DNA from: Aplysia californica
Taxonomy: Eukaryota
Direction: 5' to 3'
Length of the DNA stretch: 64,000 nucleotides
Assembly (NCBI RefSeq): GCF_000002075.1
Contig: NW_004797305.1
Span: forward strand, 1,869,239 to 1,933,238
The notes beneath the pieces were generated by a model. It ran no database searches. It was given only the letters and a program-made list of their open reading frames with translations, and was not told the origin of the DNA. This document shows positions 23,343 through 37,073 of the stretch, one piece after another (the first letter of the stretch is position 1; each line of letters opens with the position of its first letter). Both the position numbers and the translations under genes were made by a program.

Positions 23343-23841
23343 CTTAGCTTGAAACTTCTTCTTGGCTCTTCAAGGGTGTCAACAGACATGTTTTTTTTTC
23401 TGCACAGCTATGAAAACAAACCAATGTGATATCAGATATGCACTTTAGTATTTGTCGCTGAACGAAATAATATCACTAATCCCTTTTTATACTATTGATA
23501 TTTTTGTGTAAGAGTTTTGTTTTGCTAGTTTAGGTGAGCAGATTGTTTTATATACTTATATTGTCAAGACATCTTTCAAAGTAGAAACTTCAAGTTATGA
23601 AAAAAAATGGTAGATAAGAGGAAAATAATAGTTTTAATGTAATTTGTTTCACTAAGAAAACGCAATGTATTACTGTTACATTAACACCATGCATCTTGCT
23701 ATGAAAGTAATGAGTTGAAAGTCATGCACACTCTTCATTTATTTATTTGGTAGAAGGGTATGTAGTTTTGGTGCTTCTCATTTTGATGTAGTTCAGAATT
23801 TGCCAAAAGTAATGGGGGACTATTGTGATAATAACAGTATT

Positions 23842-24122
23842 TGCATTTATATTAAGTGCTACGCACTGTACACTTAACAACTATTATTACTCCAGTAGGA
23901 CTAGAACTTTCAGAAACATTCTCGGCTTCGTGGGAAACATTCAGTGCAAACTTCTGATTGCATTGACAGACAGTATGTTTACGCCATCTATAGCTGGGTG
24001 AAGCGAGGAATATTTGTGTAAAGTGTCTCGTCTCTCCCAAGAACATAAAGTTGAGTCCCCGATGGGGTTCAAAGCACTTGACCTTACGGTTGCTAGTCCG
24101 AGAGCCTAACTATTACGCCACT
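23842..24122 (-). mobile_element. Older copy of SINE family A, in the probable STARD7 3' UTR
   Basis: The reverse complement aligns along the 1513-1875 copy (TTAGGCTCTCGGACT.GCAACCGTAAGGTC; CACTTTACAC.AAT.TTCCTC.CTTCACCCAG; GAAGC.GAGAATGTTTC). Confidence 0.75.
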
Positions 24123-27054
24123 AACTTTCTTGATTTATGTTTTGTAAAAGATAACACTCTTTTCCTGCTCTCTATGATGGGATTGTTGTGTGATAACACT
24201 TTTTGAAAATAGAAATAGCTATAATGTCTTTTCCTGTGATCTAGTTATGTTTGGAGGATTTTATTTGTGAAGGTAGAATTGAGTGATAATAAAACTTCAA
24301 AAGGAATGAGAAGACTGAGAGGAAAGAAGATGAATATATATATATGAAAAGTTGTGTCTAAATATTCAAATGGCTTTATTTGCCTGCAATCTTGATGAGG
24401 AATGTGTACTGTATAGTTGAATGAACCAGCATCTGGTGAATTAAGGAAAATGGCATCAAGGCTTTTGTCTACATCCTTTTTTAGCTTTCTCACTTGTCAA
24501 TGCAATGTACTTTGCTCAAATCATAACAGTGGTGAAGTTTTGAACTATTGTTTCCGTTTTTACACTCCATAATGCAGTTAGTCTAAAGGAGGCTTAAAAA
24601 ATTTGGTCCACATGTGAAAAGCTCTCGATTGATAACCCAAAGAAATCGTTTGATATGTGTGATCCTGTTTATACAACTTTATGATAAGGATGGCAGAACT
24701 GTCAACAGAGCTGTCTTAAACTGTCTCTCCATTTGTGCTCTTTGTGAGAAATATTGAAAAAGGCAGTCCCATTTGGTTGTCGCCTTCCTTGTAGATAGAT
24801 GTGGGAAGTGTCTTTTTTTCAGTTGAGAACACTTGACTTTTCAATGTGAATGTCGGCCTTGACCATCTGGACTGCTTCATAACCTTTGTGGCCCTCTAGT
24901 TCTGTAAATAATTACGTTTGTTCACCACGCTCACATTTGTAATTCTTGATGCCATATATTCATCTTTGTGAATAAGTCATAGTTTTGTGTGGTGAGCTGT
25001 AATACCCTGTGGTGCCTCTCTGTTGAAATCAGTGGTGAAGTCCATGCCCTGTAGGAACCTGACTCACCCATGCTTGTGAATAAAGATTGATAAATGAACA
25101 ATGACTTTGTGGAACATTTTGGAAAAAAATTGGCAATGGGCATTATTTATCAATAGGATCCTTTGACTCTTGCTATATTGTTCCAACTTGAATCATTTTT
25201 AGTGACGTTAACGTCATTTTTTATAGTTGTTGGTCTTGAATACCAATTGTATTTTTTTCACATTTTGCCACTATTTTACTGTTTGTTATTGGTCATATTG
25301 ATCTGTTGAGCACCACTTCAGATTTCAGCTGCTGCAAGTTCACGTTTTTGAATTCACTTCAGTTTTGACTTTGTTTCATATTACTCCCATTTGTGCACTC
25401 TTTTGGTGATGTGGGATTTATCATAGCATTATTTATCCTGGGTGTTTGCAAAACTTCACAGTTTCAAGAAATATTATTGATGGTGTAAGTTGTATATATG
25501 TGAAAGAATAGTGCTTGGTTTGTAGATCTACGACATAACTTCTTACTTTAATCAACTCACATGTCGTAACTGTAGGAAGAACGAAGTACTTATTGAATTT
25601 GTGGTACAGAGTTAGTCTTAGGAGTCATCACACTTAACTCAGCACTATTCATTTCAGTTTGAGATATTGCATGTTGTCATTCATCTTCACAAAAACAAAG
25701 GAACTAGTCTTTAGTTGTTTATATGTGGGTCACAATGAATACTTGAAAGCCTGTTTAATGAAGAGTACTCCGAAAAATGAAAGCTAAGAAAAGAATAAAA
25801 GAAATAACATGTCATTACAGTATTTTTGCTTGAAGTTTGCAGGTTTTTTTTCCTTGGGTCTGTTCTTGTAGATTTTGGGTTTCTTTGTCAAAGGTTGTTC
25901 TTTTGTCTGTCAAGTCACTGTAATATTTTGTTGCTGATGAAGAAAATAATGTAGTGGCCAAACAAGCTCTTTTTTTCCCCCCTGTCAACAGGAGCTCTAA
26001 ATTTTGCTGTCAAAGCAGATGCTTGTGTTTTTTGTTCTCAGAAGCTGACATTGTCTTTTACCCTTACCAGAATGCTATTGTGTGGGATGGAAAATGACAA
26101 GGTGAAAAAAAAGGGTCGACAAAAAATTTTTGATGCTAGTTGATGATCTAGGTAGGCCTAAATGAGTTTATCCTGCTTTTTGAGGAAAATGTTTGTTAGA
26201 AGTTGCACGAAATCTTTTGACAGGTATTCCCTTTCAAATTACAATCGTGGGGAACCAGAAACATGTGTATGGAAGGCGCACAGTATCATGTACACTTGGT
26301 TTAAAGCGAGAAAGAGGATTTTATCATAGTAAATGCATTTATATGGCACGTACCCACACTCTTCAGCATGCTCTATGCGCTTTACAACTATTTACGTTTA
26401 TGAAGACAGTTTGCTATTGCAGATTGTGCAGCCCACAATCTCTGTGTTTGCAGTGGTCATATTGTTATTTTATGTTGTTTGTGACGTAGGTTTTGTATAC
26501 TGTTGTACACTTTGCTCCAGTATAGGGAGGACATGGCACAGAGTGTTTTTCCTGTGTCAAGATGTTTTGAGTGCTTGTGTTAATCAGATATTACCATTGT
26601 CTGATGCTCTGTTTTGTTTGAAAATTTTATACTTTTTGGTTCTTGACGAGTTTTTCTGTAGGTTTGTTATGGTATGCCAATTTATGCAGGTATGTGCTGT
26701 TACTAGTGTTACAAGTGTGTCCAATTTCCTACTGTTTTATTTCCATTTTACTTTTCTTTTTTTGTCCTCTCTTTACATTAAAATGCAGTCATAATTTTCT
26801 TTTGAATTCTCTTAGACTTAGTAATTTAATTAACCCTTTTTCGTGTTGTAGTAGTTAGGTTAATAATCCTTGTTGAGAAGGTAACTTTTCTCCATGTAAC
26901 TCATGTGGAAGAAGAGCTTAAAAGTTTAGAATTTGTTCGACTCTATCCGTTTGGGATCAAATTAAATGACAAATCTTATATTCAATATTAATGAGTTGTT
27001 TCATTCTTTTTTGTTTTGAGTATAACTGGATCAATAACAGGAGGTAAATCCTGA

Positions 27055-28261
27055 AATGTGTGTCTAGAGGCGAAAAAATCGGGCGCTCGTCAATTTTTTG
27101 GCATTTGGAGTTATTGGTATCATCTGAAAGCTGATTCAGTTGCCTTGCTTCCAATGAAATAAAAACCCATTTATCTTCAACAGAAGTCAAAATACTGTCG
27201 AACCTGCCTTAACGGAAACCTGTATAAAACGGAAACCTGTCTTAACGGAATCTCCCCGCTCCCCCATTGATATATTCCTCTTTAATTACCTGTCTGTATA
27301 AAATGGAAACCTGTCCAACGCGGAAACGGAAATAAAAATCTGCTCACTTCCGAGGATTTCACCTGTCTAAGACGGAAAATGCTTTGCCCGCTCAGCCCTG
27401 ATTTGAAACAAAACTTGCAAGTTTGGTTCCGCTGGCTCTAAACTAACGCTATGGTCATGCTGCAGGGTGAGGAAGGGGAGTAGGGGTGCAATTTGGGGGA
27501 AGATGTTACCCCATCATGTGAGCCCTGAGCGATGCATGGTCAGTGGAGTGTGGGTGTGAAATCTCACGACTGCCCGTGAGAGTGCTCCAGGAGCCAGCCA
27601 CTACGGAAACTCTCCTGGGTCCAGAAGCCAGAGGTGTGAAATTAGATTGACCAATGCCTGCCGCCCTGATCATACGGCCAGCCGAGAAAAGAGTTCCTTG
27701 AATCGTTGTTACAATGATAGCAGTAAAGGGGGGCATTGGTTGTTAGGGTTAAGGATGGAAGCAAGGGAGATGTTCAAACGTTTCTGTTTTTAATAGATCA
27801 AACAGTGGTCCCATGAAAGGCATGCACTGGTGGTAATTGGATAAGTAAGACTGACGCATGTCATTATCAGACAGGATAGCAATTGAGAGGTGTGAAGTTT
27901 TGACCACTGCTTGCCCGTCAGACAAGCGATCCTTGATCCCACCGGCTGGGCCTTTGAACCCCCCCTCCCCCAACCTCCGTTTCCCCCTAAATTCCCCTGT
28001 CTAAGACGGAATTTTTTTCTGGCTCTCTTGTGATTCCGTCTTACACAGGTTCGACTGTATTTGTGATTGAAGGAAGTGAGGTCGTCTGGTTTCAGTGGTG
28101 AAATTAACAAGAAAATGGCCGCCAAAGTTTGGTAACTCCAAAAAGGGGTTGAGCCAAAAAATAAAAATTGGAAAAAAATTTTCAAACTGACGCAAAAATG
28201 CCTGGTTCTCTGATTTCCTTATTTTGACGAGCATCTGATTTCACCTCGCTGCCTCACATAT
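27055..28261 (+). mobile_element. MITE family C copy interrupted by a pogo/Tc1-like element
   Basis: The halves 27055-27194 and 28058-28261 join into a sequence colinear with 42218-42609. Confidence 0.8.
27195..28057. mobile_element. Non-autonomous Tc1/mariner (pogo-like) element with TA TSD
   Basis: TA-CTGTCGAACCTG ... CAGGTTCGACTG-TA ends, with multiple subterminal ACGGAAACCTGT / CCTGTCTAAGACGGAA repeats. Confidence 0.85.
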
Positions 28262-28967
28262 GTAGACAGGTCCTATTTTTTGTCTTCATTGTGTCGCTAT
28301 GGTAGTTGAAGTTGTAGAACTTCAAATAAAATTTAGGGAAAGAGGTTAGTACAGAAGATTTCAAGAAAGGGCCATGTCTCCTATAGGAAATGAGGACTTA
28401 AAGAGGAGAGGGCCAAGATGGAACAGACTGGACCAAAAAGAACTAATGTTGCAAGCTTCATGGTCACTTTCTTGTGAAGGGTACACTTCTTTCTCCGAAT
28501 TCCTCTGCCATAGTACATTGTATAATGTAGACAACTGTAGATTCTTCTAACTACTACAGTGGTGTTGACGGTACAAGTACCATACAAGTGTGGCCATTTT
28601 TTGCCACCGGGTATACAGTAGAACATGACTATAACGTTGCCCGCTGCAGCGGGACCATCCCAACAGCGGAACCTTACTGGAATCCCCTTCTTTTTTAGTC
28701 TATGTAACTCAATTAACTGTTCTCGGGTTTAACGGGGCTAGGAAAGGCCCGAAATTGGATACAGCGGGAGAGATCGAGTGAGCTCTAGCTGGAGGAAGGG
28801 GGTTGGGGGGTGGAGGCTGTAGGTGGGCTCCAGACCGTTAGTCAACGGTGCGGTGTTGTGATTGGCCAGTCCAGCGATGAGTGAGGTGGGGCAGGCAGCA
28901 GAGAGAGATAGTACGGAGAGACGTGTTACGTGAGCCACTCCAAAAGTGATGCGACATAGTCTTATAT

Positions 28968-29151
28968 GAGGTGCCCATTAGCCTTTAGAGATGGGATAGG
29001 TTCGGATCGGGGGTGGTTGCCTGAAAACGTACGCGATTGTTTTGGAGGCGAAGAGTTGGGCACAATCAGCTTGTGCCACGATAACCGCTTTGGGCCCTCA
29101 ATCTGGCTAGCAAACCGCCCCAACTAGACCCGATCCCCTAATGGGCATCCC
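28968..29151. mobile_element. Small GC-rich IR element
   Basis: GTGCCCATTAG...GGATCGGG at the left pairs with CCCGATCCCCTAATGGGCAT at the right. Confidence 0.5.
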
Positions 29152-31674
29152 GTCTTAGGCCTAGGCTTGGCCAAAAGACAGTAAAAGAAAAGGAGAGCGT
29201 GTAGTGTGTGATTTTTCAGTAATTCCCCTTTGTATTTCTATAGTGGGAACTTGTCTACAGCGGGATTTTTCTTCTAGAACTAAAAGTCCCGCTATAGCCA
29301 TGTTCTACTGTATTATAATAAAGTATCCTGCCTCTGGCCACAAGAAGCCAGTTTTAGAAAATCATACCCATATTGACCTTGATTTCTTTATTTTTAATAA
29401 GGTATTGAACATGTTTTCTATGGTAAGTGTAAGTAAGTCTTTTCCCCTAACTTCCTAGGAATCTTAGTCTTGGCATGTCTGCTCAAGGGATATTGTGTGG
29501 AAAATTTTCTTTTTCTGAGAAGACAAAGTGCTAGTCCCAGTACATGTACATGATGTATGTCCTCTGGAAACACTGTACTTGAAGTCGGGATCCAAGTTCT
29601 CTAACAATGCTTCAATGCTGTCACATGGAAATATGTGATTTTTTTATACGTACATGTAGGCTACAATGTAATGTAGGTGCATAAATAAGATTTCAGTTGT
29701 GAATTTTTGTGAAGAAGAAAAAAAAGGATAAGTAGTATTTTGGGAGCAGGGGGGCAAAATAAAACACAGACTGGCATAATAAAGTATTATAAGAAACAAA
29801 TTGTTTATTGTGTGGTTCTGTCAGAGCAATAGATCCAAGCCTCACACTGGGATGAACACTTCAAGGGGGATATTGGAAAAAAATAATAATCACAAAACAC
29901 ATCAGAACAACAGTTCTTACCTCTTTGAATGCCAAAGTGTTGGAGATATTTTCTTGCCTTTTTAAACACATGTAAAGAAAACCCAGGAATAACATATTTG
30001 TCTCTTATTTCTTGAAGTTGGATGATAAGCTATCCCTCTTGGCTCTAGGCAAGGGTTTTCTGCTGCTTCTTTTCTGTCTGAAGGTGGACCTGGTCTTTTC
30101 CTTGTGAAAGTTGGCAGTTGTTTTACCTTGGTGTAAACTACAACTACAATTCTGTACAAAGTCAGCAGAGTTTAGGGCTATGATTCTGTATTTCTTTGGG
30201 TATGTAGTTTTAGAGATAAACAAAGTACATGTAAGAACTTTTAATGAATTAACTGGACCTGTCTGTCTTTATTATAATCCATCTGATATGAATCAGAACA
30301 TATGTGAAGATTGGAAATCCACTTACGTCTTTCACTGATTTTTAACCAGTCATGGGCAAACTTTAAAAACTTGATAGAAATAACCATTGTCACCACAAGC
30401 TGGAGGCACTCAAAGAGTTAAGACGTTGATCTTTGATATATATATATATATATATACTACTCAAAACTATTGAAAATAACGAAATCAAACAAAGGTCCCA
30501 TAACCCTGAAAAAAAGAAGAATAGAAAAGCGATAAGTGAAGTGCGTAAAAAAACAGGATGTGTAGGTTAAGATAAGTACTGAGGAGTCCAACAGACAGCA
30601 ATCTCATGCCCTGTGTGATTTTTGCAAATTTAAAAACAAATGTTTTTTAAGACTAAAAGTCTGAAAATGATTAGAATGAAAAAGTTGGACAAAAAAGCCT
30701 TAGTTTTTACATAATTAAGGTCAGCAGAAAGCGAACTTTCATTCGTGTTGTATTGTTAGGGGTAGACATAATTAGTACAAGAGTGCATTATCAATATCAT
30801 TATAACTTTTTCAATCTTTCACTTTTGTGAGAACCAAACTTATAAGTCAGTTTTATTATTATATTTGTGTACTAAATAGAAACTTGCCTTGTTTAGTTGG
30901 GGAATTCAATCAAAATCAGACGTAATTAGCGAATAATCACCCTTTTACTGCAAGTGCATGTTCTATTGATCCCATCCAGACATATCAGATGATCAAAAAG
31001 TTCTAATCACTGACTCGAGAATAGAAAAAGCTCTGCCTTTATCTTTACAGAAATTGTGACAGCTTTTTTAAAAAACATGAATGCTGCTTCATTGAAAATT
31101 TGAGATTCCTCACATTCTGAAAAAAAAAATGCTCTGAACAATAAATTCATACTCTGGCAGGTTTTAGTACAGACAGCGTACGGAGTGCATTTAGAAAGCA
31201 GGCTTCACATCACTCTATCCAAACAAAAGTAATAATTACAAGACAGTCACAATTGCAGAGAAAAATGTTTTTACAAGTTTCACCAAGTAAACACACATAC
31301 AAATACATGTACATAAAAAAAAAAAATTAGTGTTGAGAATTTTCTTCTCATCTGTGTAGAGTGAGTTGTTTTAACAAAATAGAACTTATTAATATAAACA
31401 AAAGCAGATCACAGGCAATTTTCTTAAAAGTAAAAGAATAAGATCACTGAAAAGCAATAGAATATGCTTGGCATTCTCTTAATCATAAACAATATAGGCT
31501 ACATGTCTTATGCAGTCATGTGCTGACAATGACAGTACACATGACATACAATTTCAATTAGTACAAATACAAAGTCAACAGTGACAATTCAAACTTGATG
31601 TGAGCTGCACATACAAATCACAATGCTGCATCAAATAAGACATAAAGAAATTTACTAACAATATAAGCATTAAA

Positions 31675-31676
<2 letters not shown>

Positions 31677-31729
<53 letters not shown>
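31677..31729. repeat. (TA)n microsatellite
   Basis: Direct observation. Confidence 0.95.
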
Positions 31730-31731
<2 letters not shown>

Positions 31732-32679
31732 AGGGTAATGTATAAATACCTTTAATGGAGAAAAAAACCCCACCCTGGACGGATTGCTGGTGCATGAAAA
31801 CGAAATGAAATGGAATGCGATAAGCATTACAAAAGTATTTACAGATCTCTTCAAAATGTTCCCAATAATGCTTGGACATAATGACAATATATCCCAATCT
31901 GGCATCTTGTTAAAATTACATGGTTCTTGGAGTTTCCCTGTCCTGTGTAAGCAAACAACAATGGCGAGAATAAATACAATATAATATCAAGATTCAGTTT
32001 GTGATGTTGAAAACAATGGCGGTCATGTCATAGTTATAACCATGTTTTACTTAGAGGTTGTACAATGAAGTTAGTGCTCAAAATATTCAGTTTTTTAAAG
32101 TGAAAGAGTAGAGGAGTACAGTGTAGCTAACAATGCACGAGTTCACAAGGTTCATTATTGCAGTGGATTTCAACTAAAAGAAAGTCTGATGTTATGATTT
32201 TTGGACACAACAATGCTTCTTTTGTCTTGTTTGACCAACACACTGGAATGAGAATAGAAAAACTGAGAACATGATTTGTAAGGTTAAATCAATATTTTGT
32301 TTGTGTCGCCTTGACATCATTTTAAGCTAACTGCAGTCTAACACTTTCCTGTGCTGACATAAAGTATGATAAAGTTGACAAAATGTAGTCTGTGGAAGTG
32401 CTGCATAAGAATTGCCTTCCCAATCTGCTCCAAAACTGTTGCGGTTCTTGCTTTCTACAATATTTTATTTCTTTTTATACAAGTAATGAAATCATTACTA
32501 CATCTATTATAAGCAAGGACAGAAAAATAAGGCAATGAAATTGTGTAAAATCTTCCTGTGAATGTCTGTATACGTCTTAAGCCTCCACTGACACAATTCA
32601 GATCATTTAAGAGGCGGGCTGCTTTGACCCTGCTTGTCAAGGCCAATGTGGGCTGAGAGGTATTCGACATCTCAGATTC

Positions 32680-33091
32680 CAGGTCCTCATAAATTTTTGG
32701 GCATGTGGAGTCACTGGTATCATCTCAAAGCTTGTTCAATTGCGTGACTTTCGATGAAAAAATTACCCACCTATCTTGAATACAGGTCAAGATATTTATG
32801 ATTGAAGGAGGTGCGGGTTGCCTGGTTTCAGAGGTAAAATTAGCGAGAAAATGACTACCATAGATTGGCGACTTCCATAGCTTGAGGGACCTTGGAAACT
32901 GAAATTTGTATGCCTTTAATCAACGGTTTTCAGAAAAATCAACTCAGAAATGTGGTTTTAAATGGACATGAAAGGAGTTGAGCCAAAAAAAGAGAAAATT
33001 AAAAAAAATTTGTCAAACGGCCAGGAAAATGCAGTTTTCTTGGACTTTATTATTTTGATGAGCGCCTGATTTCACCACGATGCCTCACATT
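32680..33091 (+). mobile_element. MITE family C copy
   Basis: Shares AATTTTTGGGCATGTGGAG..., GATTGAAGGAG and the terminus TTGATGAGCGCCTGATTTCACCACGATGCCTCACAT. Confidence 0.8.
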
Positions 33092-35887
33092 TAATAAAAA
33101 CTCTCCTTACCCAGGAATGGAACTTACATCTTTTGCATCTGGAGGTGAAGCATCTAACAACTACACAACAGGACACTGGGGTAAGTGTGGAACACTGTAA
33201 CAACAGAGCACTGATGCAACCTCCCACAGAGTCTTGTATGGGACTGCACAGGGCTCCAGCACCACAATCAGTACAATTGTTAAAGACTGAAGAGACCAGC
33301 CTGCTCAGAGATGTCTACAAAATGCTGAGTAATGCATATATCCCTCATCCTTACAACTTACCCTACAGGAAAGAAAATGTGACAAACAGATGGCACAAAG
33401 GATTGAATGGCAATAAAAAGAAAATGATGCAGTCTACACTTGTCTTAATTTAAAACTGGTCAAAAGACACATTTATTTAGAGCCTACTAAATTTTATTTT
33501 TAGCTAATTAGATTCTTTTCCCTATAAGTGGAACAAGTGTAATATGCGGCCACAGTAATTGTCTTTTTGTGCATATATGTTCTTTTGTCAGAACTTGGTA
33601 CATTATTATGGGTGATATTTGAAAGGACTGTTAGGTGATGATGGAGCCAGTATGAATGAAATGCATCATCGTATAAGCTGTCGAAATGTTATGTTATTGT
33701 GAAGTGCCTTGAACCGCCAGAGAGTGGGCACTATGGAAGTGTGGAAGTGATATTTATCATTATTATAATTTATTACTATGTACAGTGCATAGTGGCAGGT
33801 GACTGGCCTCCAAAAGTAAGTGGGACTTGCATATAAAAAACAGTGAAAGTTCCCAAACAACACCTCTATGTGTGGTAATAAGGAACAACCCATGAAGACA
33901 TCCACTGTCTACATCACAGTAATAGCCTAAATTACTCCAAACACTGCTGGTTTAACAGTGATAATAGCACACATCAAATGTTACAACTTTGAAAAAGTTT
34001 GTTAAAAAACAGGTTGTACATAACAAAATCATTTTTATGAAGAACCAGCAGTCATCCTTAGGTTGGCATTCACAGTCAGGATTAAAAAGTGACAATGTAA
34101 CTTCAAACAGTGTATGATCCCTGATCAATGGCCCAAATGCAAATATATATATTTTTTACTTACTTATGCAACGTGGTAGATAGGTAATTTTTAAAAGGCA
34201 GTGCAAAGCAATCTTTTGATTACACGTGAAAGTAGAAGTGGCAAGATCAGAAAATGATTCAGTGTGCCTTAAACTTAAACGATTAATCACACTGTAAAAC
34301 TTTTTTATATTTCAGAGTGTGAGACAGTGGTTCTTATCACGGAAGTGACTCTGCCAACTGGCAAACCAAATTGAAGAAATATAAGATTTTGATAGTTTGA
34401 ATTGAACCTCCCTAAAAATGACCTCTGAACCAACCATTACGTATAAATGTAGCTATAGCGTAGGACACGCAACACATCTACAGAGTCAACATTGTACTGT
34501 AAAGAAATGCCACCCAGTACTTGTGCTTTTAGTTAGACAATAATCTTTTCTGATGATATAGAGATATATACTTTAAATTAATTTCTGCATAAGTCTTTGA
34601 AAACATAACTGAATATGAAAAGGAGTCTACAGGTGTGACTTTTCATACATAGCAATGCACATATAAAAAGTTGAGAGCTGTTCCCTGTTTCATACATTGA
34701 TCAGCTGCAAGTAAATCTATCCACTTAGGGCACTCGAAGTAAAATGTGGAAAAATATGGCTCTCAGATACAAACGTTCAATGAACTTAAGAAATTGAATT
34801 ATATAATGCATACATCAATAGAGTGAACTTCACTATACTGGTACTGCCCTTTTTCTCATCCACACAGGCATTTTAAAGACGAAGGAGAGAATGTTCACTT
34901 TACCTTTTATTTATTGATATGATATGAGTTACAGCAAAAGGATGCATACATAGCTGCACACATGTACATGATCAATTTACAAACTTTCTTGTGGTATATT
35001 GCCCCTGGGGTCTATATCTTCAACAAAAACTTTTAACAACTTGTTGTTGTAGTTGTTTTCAAATCCCTTTCGCAGCGAGCATTTCGCTTTTTAACAACTT
35101 AAAATATCTTACAGCTCCCAATTTTTAAATAATGAACAACATGTATGTTTAAATTTAAACAGACATATACATGTATGTAATATTTAATAAGCATATAAAA
35201 AAAAAAACCCACAACAAATTTTGCATACTTATTGTCTTATTCTGCGACTTCCACAACCCATTGTTAGAGAGTTATCATTATCATGTGAATTAAAACCTTT
35301 CATTTTTAGAGGTTTCTGCATTTGTTATTGCTATCATTATACTTCTCAATATATGACAGTATCTATAATTTTTCAGAAATCAGTCATAATATAACTGTTT
35401 ACAAATGAGATCAAATTCAGGATAAAAGCCTAATCTAAAGAAATAAAACTTTTGCTTCGTTGTTTTCTGTTATGGTGCATTGTCTCAGAATGTTTGATCT
35501 GAAAATCTGTGATCCAACACGTGAAGTCATATAATACAACATAATGCAGGCCAAACTTACTACATAAAAGTGAGTGCATCAGATGTCAGTAAGGCACAAA
35601 TTAAAAGGCTTAAAAAATAATTCATTAGCTTTTCAATTTCATCTGAATTAATGAGAAATCAGTACTCAAAATATCTTTCAACTGAAACGTTCATTTCAAA
35701 GGGATGATAAATGATCAGTAAGAGTAACAGAGGAGGGAATATAAAATCAGAGATCAGAACCTGTGAAATGTATCTCACAACCAAACATCAAATGAAGTGA
35801 TCTACTGATCATTCAGGACATAAAGCAATAGAAAAATACAAGGCTGAAGATTTGTGCTGTTATTCTCAATGCAGAGATTATGCACAT

Positions 35888-36304
35888 ATATGTGTCAAGA
35901 CACAGTGAAATCAAGTCCTTGTCAATTTTTGGGCATGTGGCGTTATCAATATAATATTAAAACTTGTTCCTTTGTTTTGCTTTTGATGAAAAAGTGATTA
36001 TCTAGCTAGAATAGAAGTCGAGATTTTTTGGGAGATTGAAGGAGATAGGGTCGCCCAATGTCAGAGGTAAAATTAGTGAGAAAATGGACGCCAAAGTTTG
36101 GCGGAGACTGCAAATTTACATTCTTTGTGCCTTTGATCAACATTTTTCCATGAAATTTACAAATATGTTTTAAAATAGACATACAAGGTGTAAAGCTTAC
36201 AAAAAAGAAAATCAATAAAAATTGCCAAACGGGCTGAAAAATGTCTGTTTCTTCAATTACATGATTTTAACGAGCACCTGATTTCTTCAAGATGCCACAC
36301 ATAT
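35888..36304 (+). mobile_element. MITE family C copy
   Basis: ATATGTG...GTGAAATCAAG / CCTGATTTC...CACATAT imperfect TIRs with a shared body. Confidence 0.8.
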
Positions 36305-36393
36305 ATGTAACTGCAAGAGCAGGTGTAAATATTTTTTTTCTTCTTTTCACTACTTCTGGCATCAAAATTCTGCAAGTAGGCAAAAGAATCAAG

Positions 36394-36923
36394 GGGGTTC
36401 TTGTGGCCTTGAGGTTAAGGTGTTGGCCTTCCATTCAAAGGTCCCAGGTTCGAATCTGGGTAGTGACCGAAACATTTTCTTCTCTAAAATTATCTCCTTT
36501 CACCTCCTTTCCTGCTCTCTAGCAATGTCCTGTCCTCAGCTTTTCGTCTCCTCTTTCTGCCCCCACCCCATCACCTCCTTTGCCCCTTCCTCTTGGCTCC
36601 TGACTCTTTCTGCAACCTTTCTACTGCTACTCCTTTGGCTCCTTCTTATTGCTTTCTTTCAGCCACACCCCTGATCTTCTTGTAAGAAAGATCTACACTT
36701 AGCCTTCTCGGACAAGGGTGAAAAATTTCAGAGGGCCCAGGTGCAATTTGCTCACACTAAAGATCCCTTGGTGGTCTAAAATCGATAAGAATAGGCTTCG
36801 GCTGCTACCCGAGCAAAATTCAAAGTTTCCTACCAGCTGAAAAAGTTTATTGTATCCCGCATGCTCATATGACCTTGTTCAGTTGCGAGCGCCGTAAAAC
36901 ACTTACCAAATAAAATAAAAATA
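36394..36923 (+). mobile_element. SINE family B copy with 12-bp TSD, just 3' of the CERKL stop codon
   Basis: A/B boxes, body and A-rich tail are present. TSD AAAAGAATCAAG at 36382-36393 and 36924-36935. Confidence 0.88.
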
Positions 36924-37073
36924 AAAAGAATCAAGTAAGTAATCAGGTAAACTGATGAATACTGTTGTTAGTTTCAGTGACCACTGGCCTGCCAGCAATG
37001 AGCTGATACTAGGAGGACAAATAACAATGACAGTATGGCAACTTCTGGATCTGCAGCTGAGCTGTGGGTCTGT

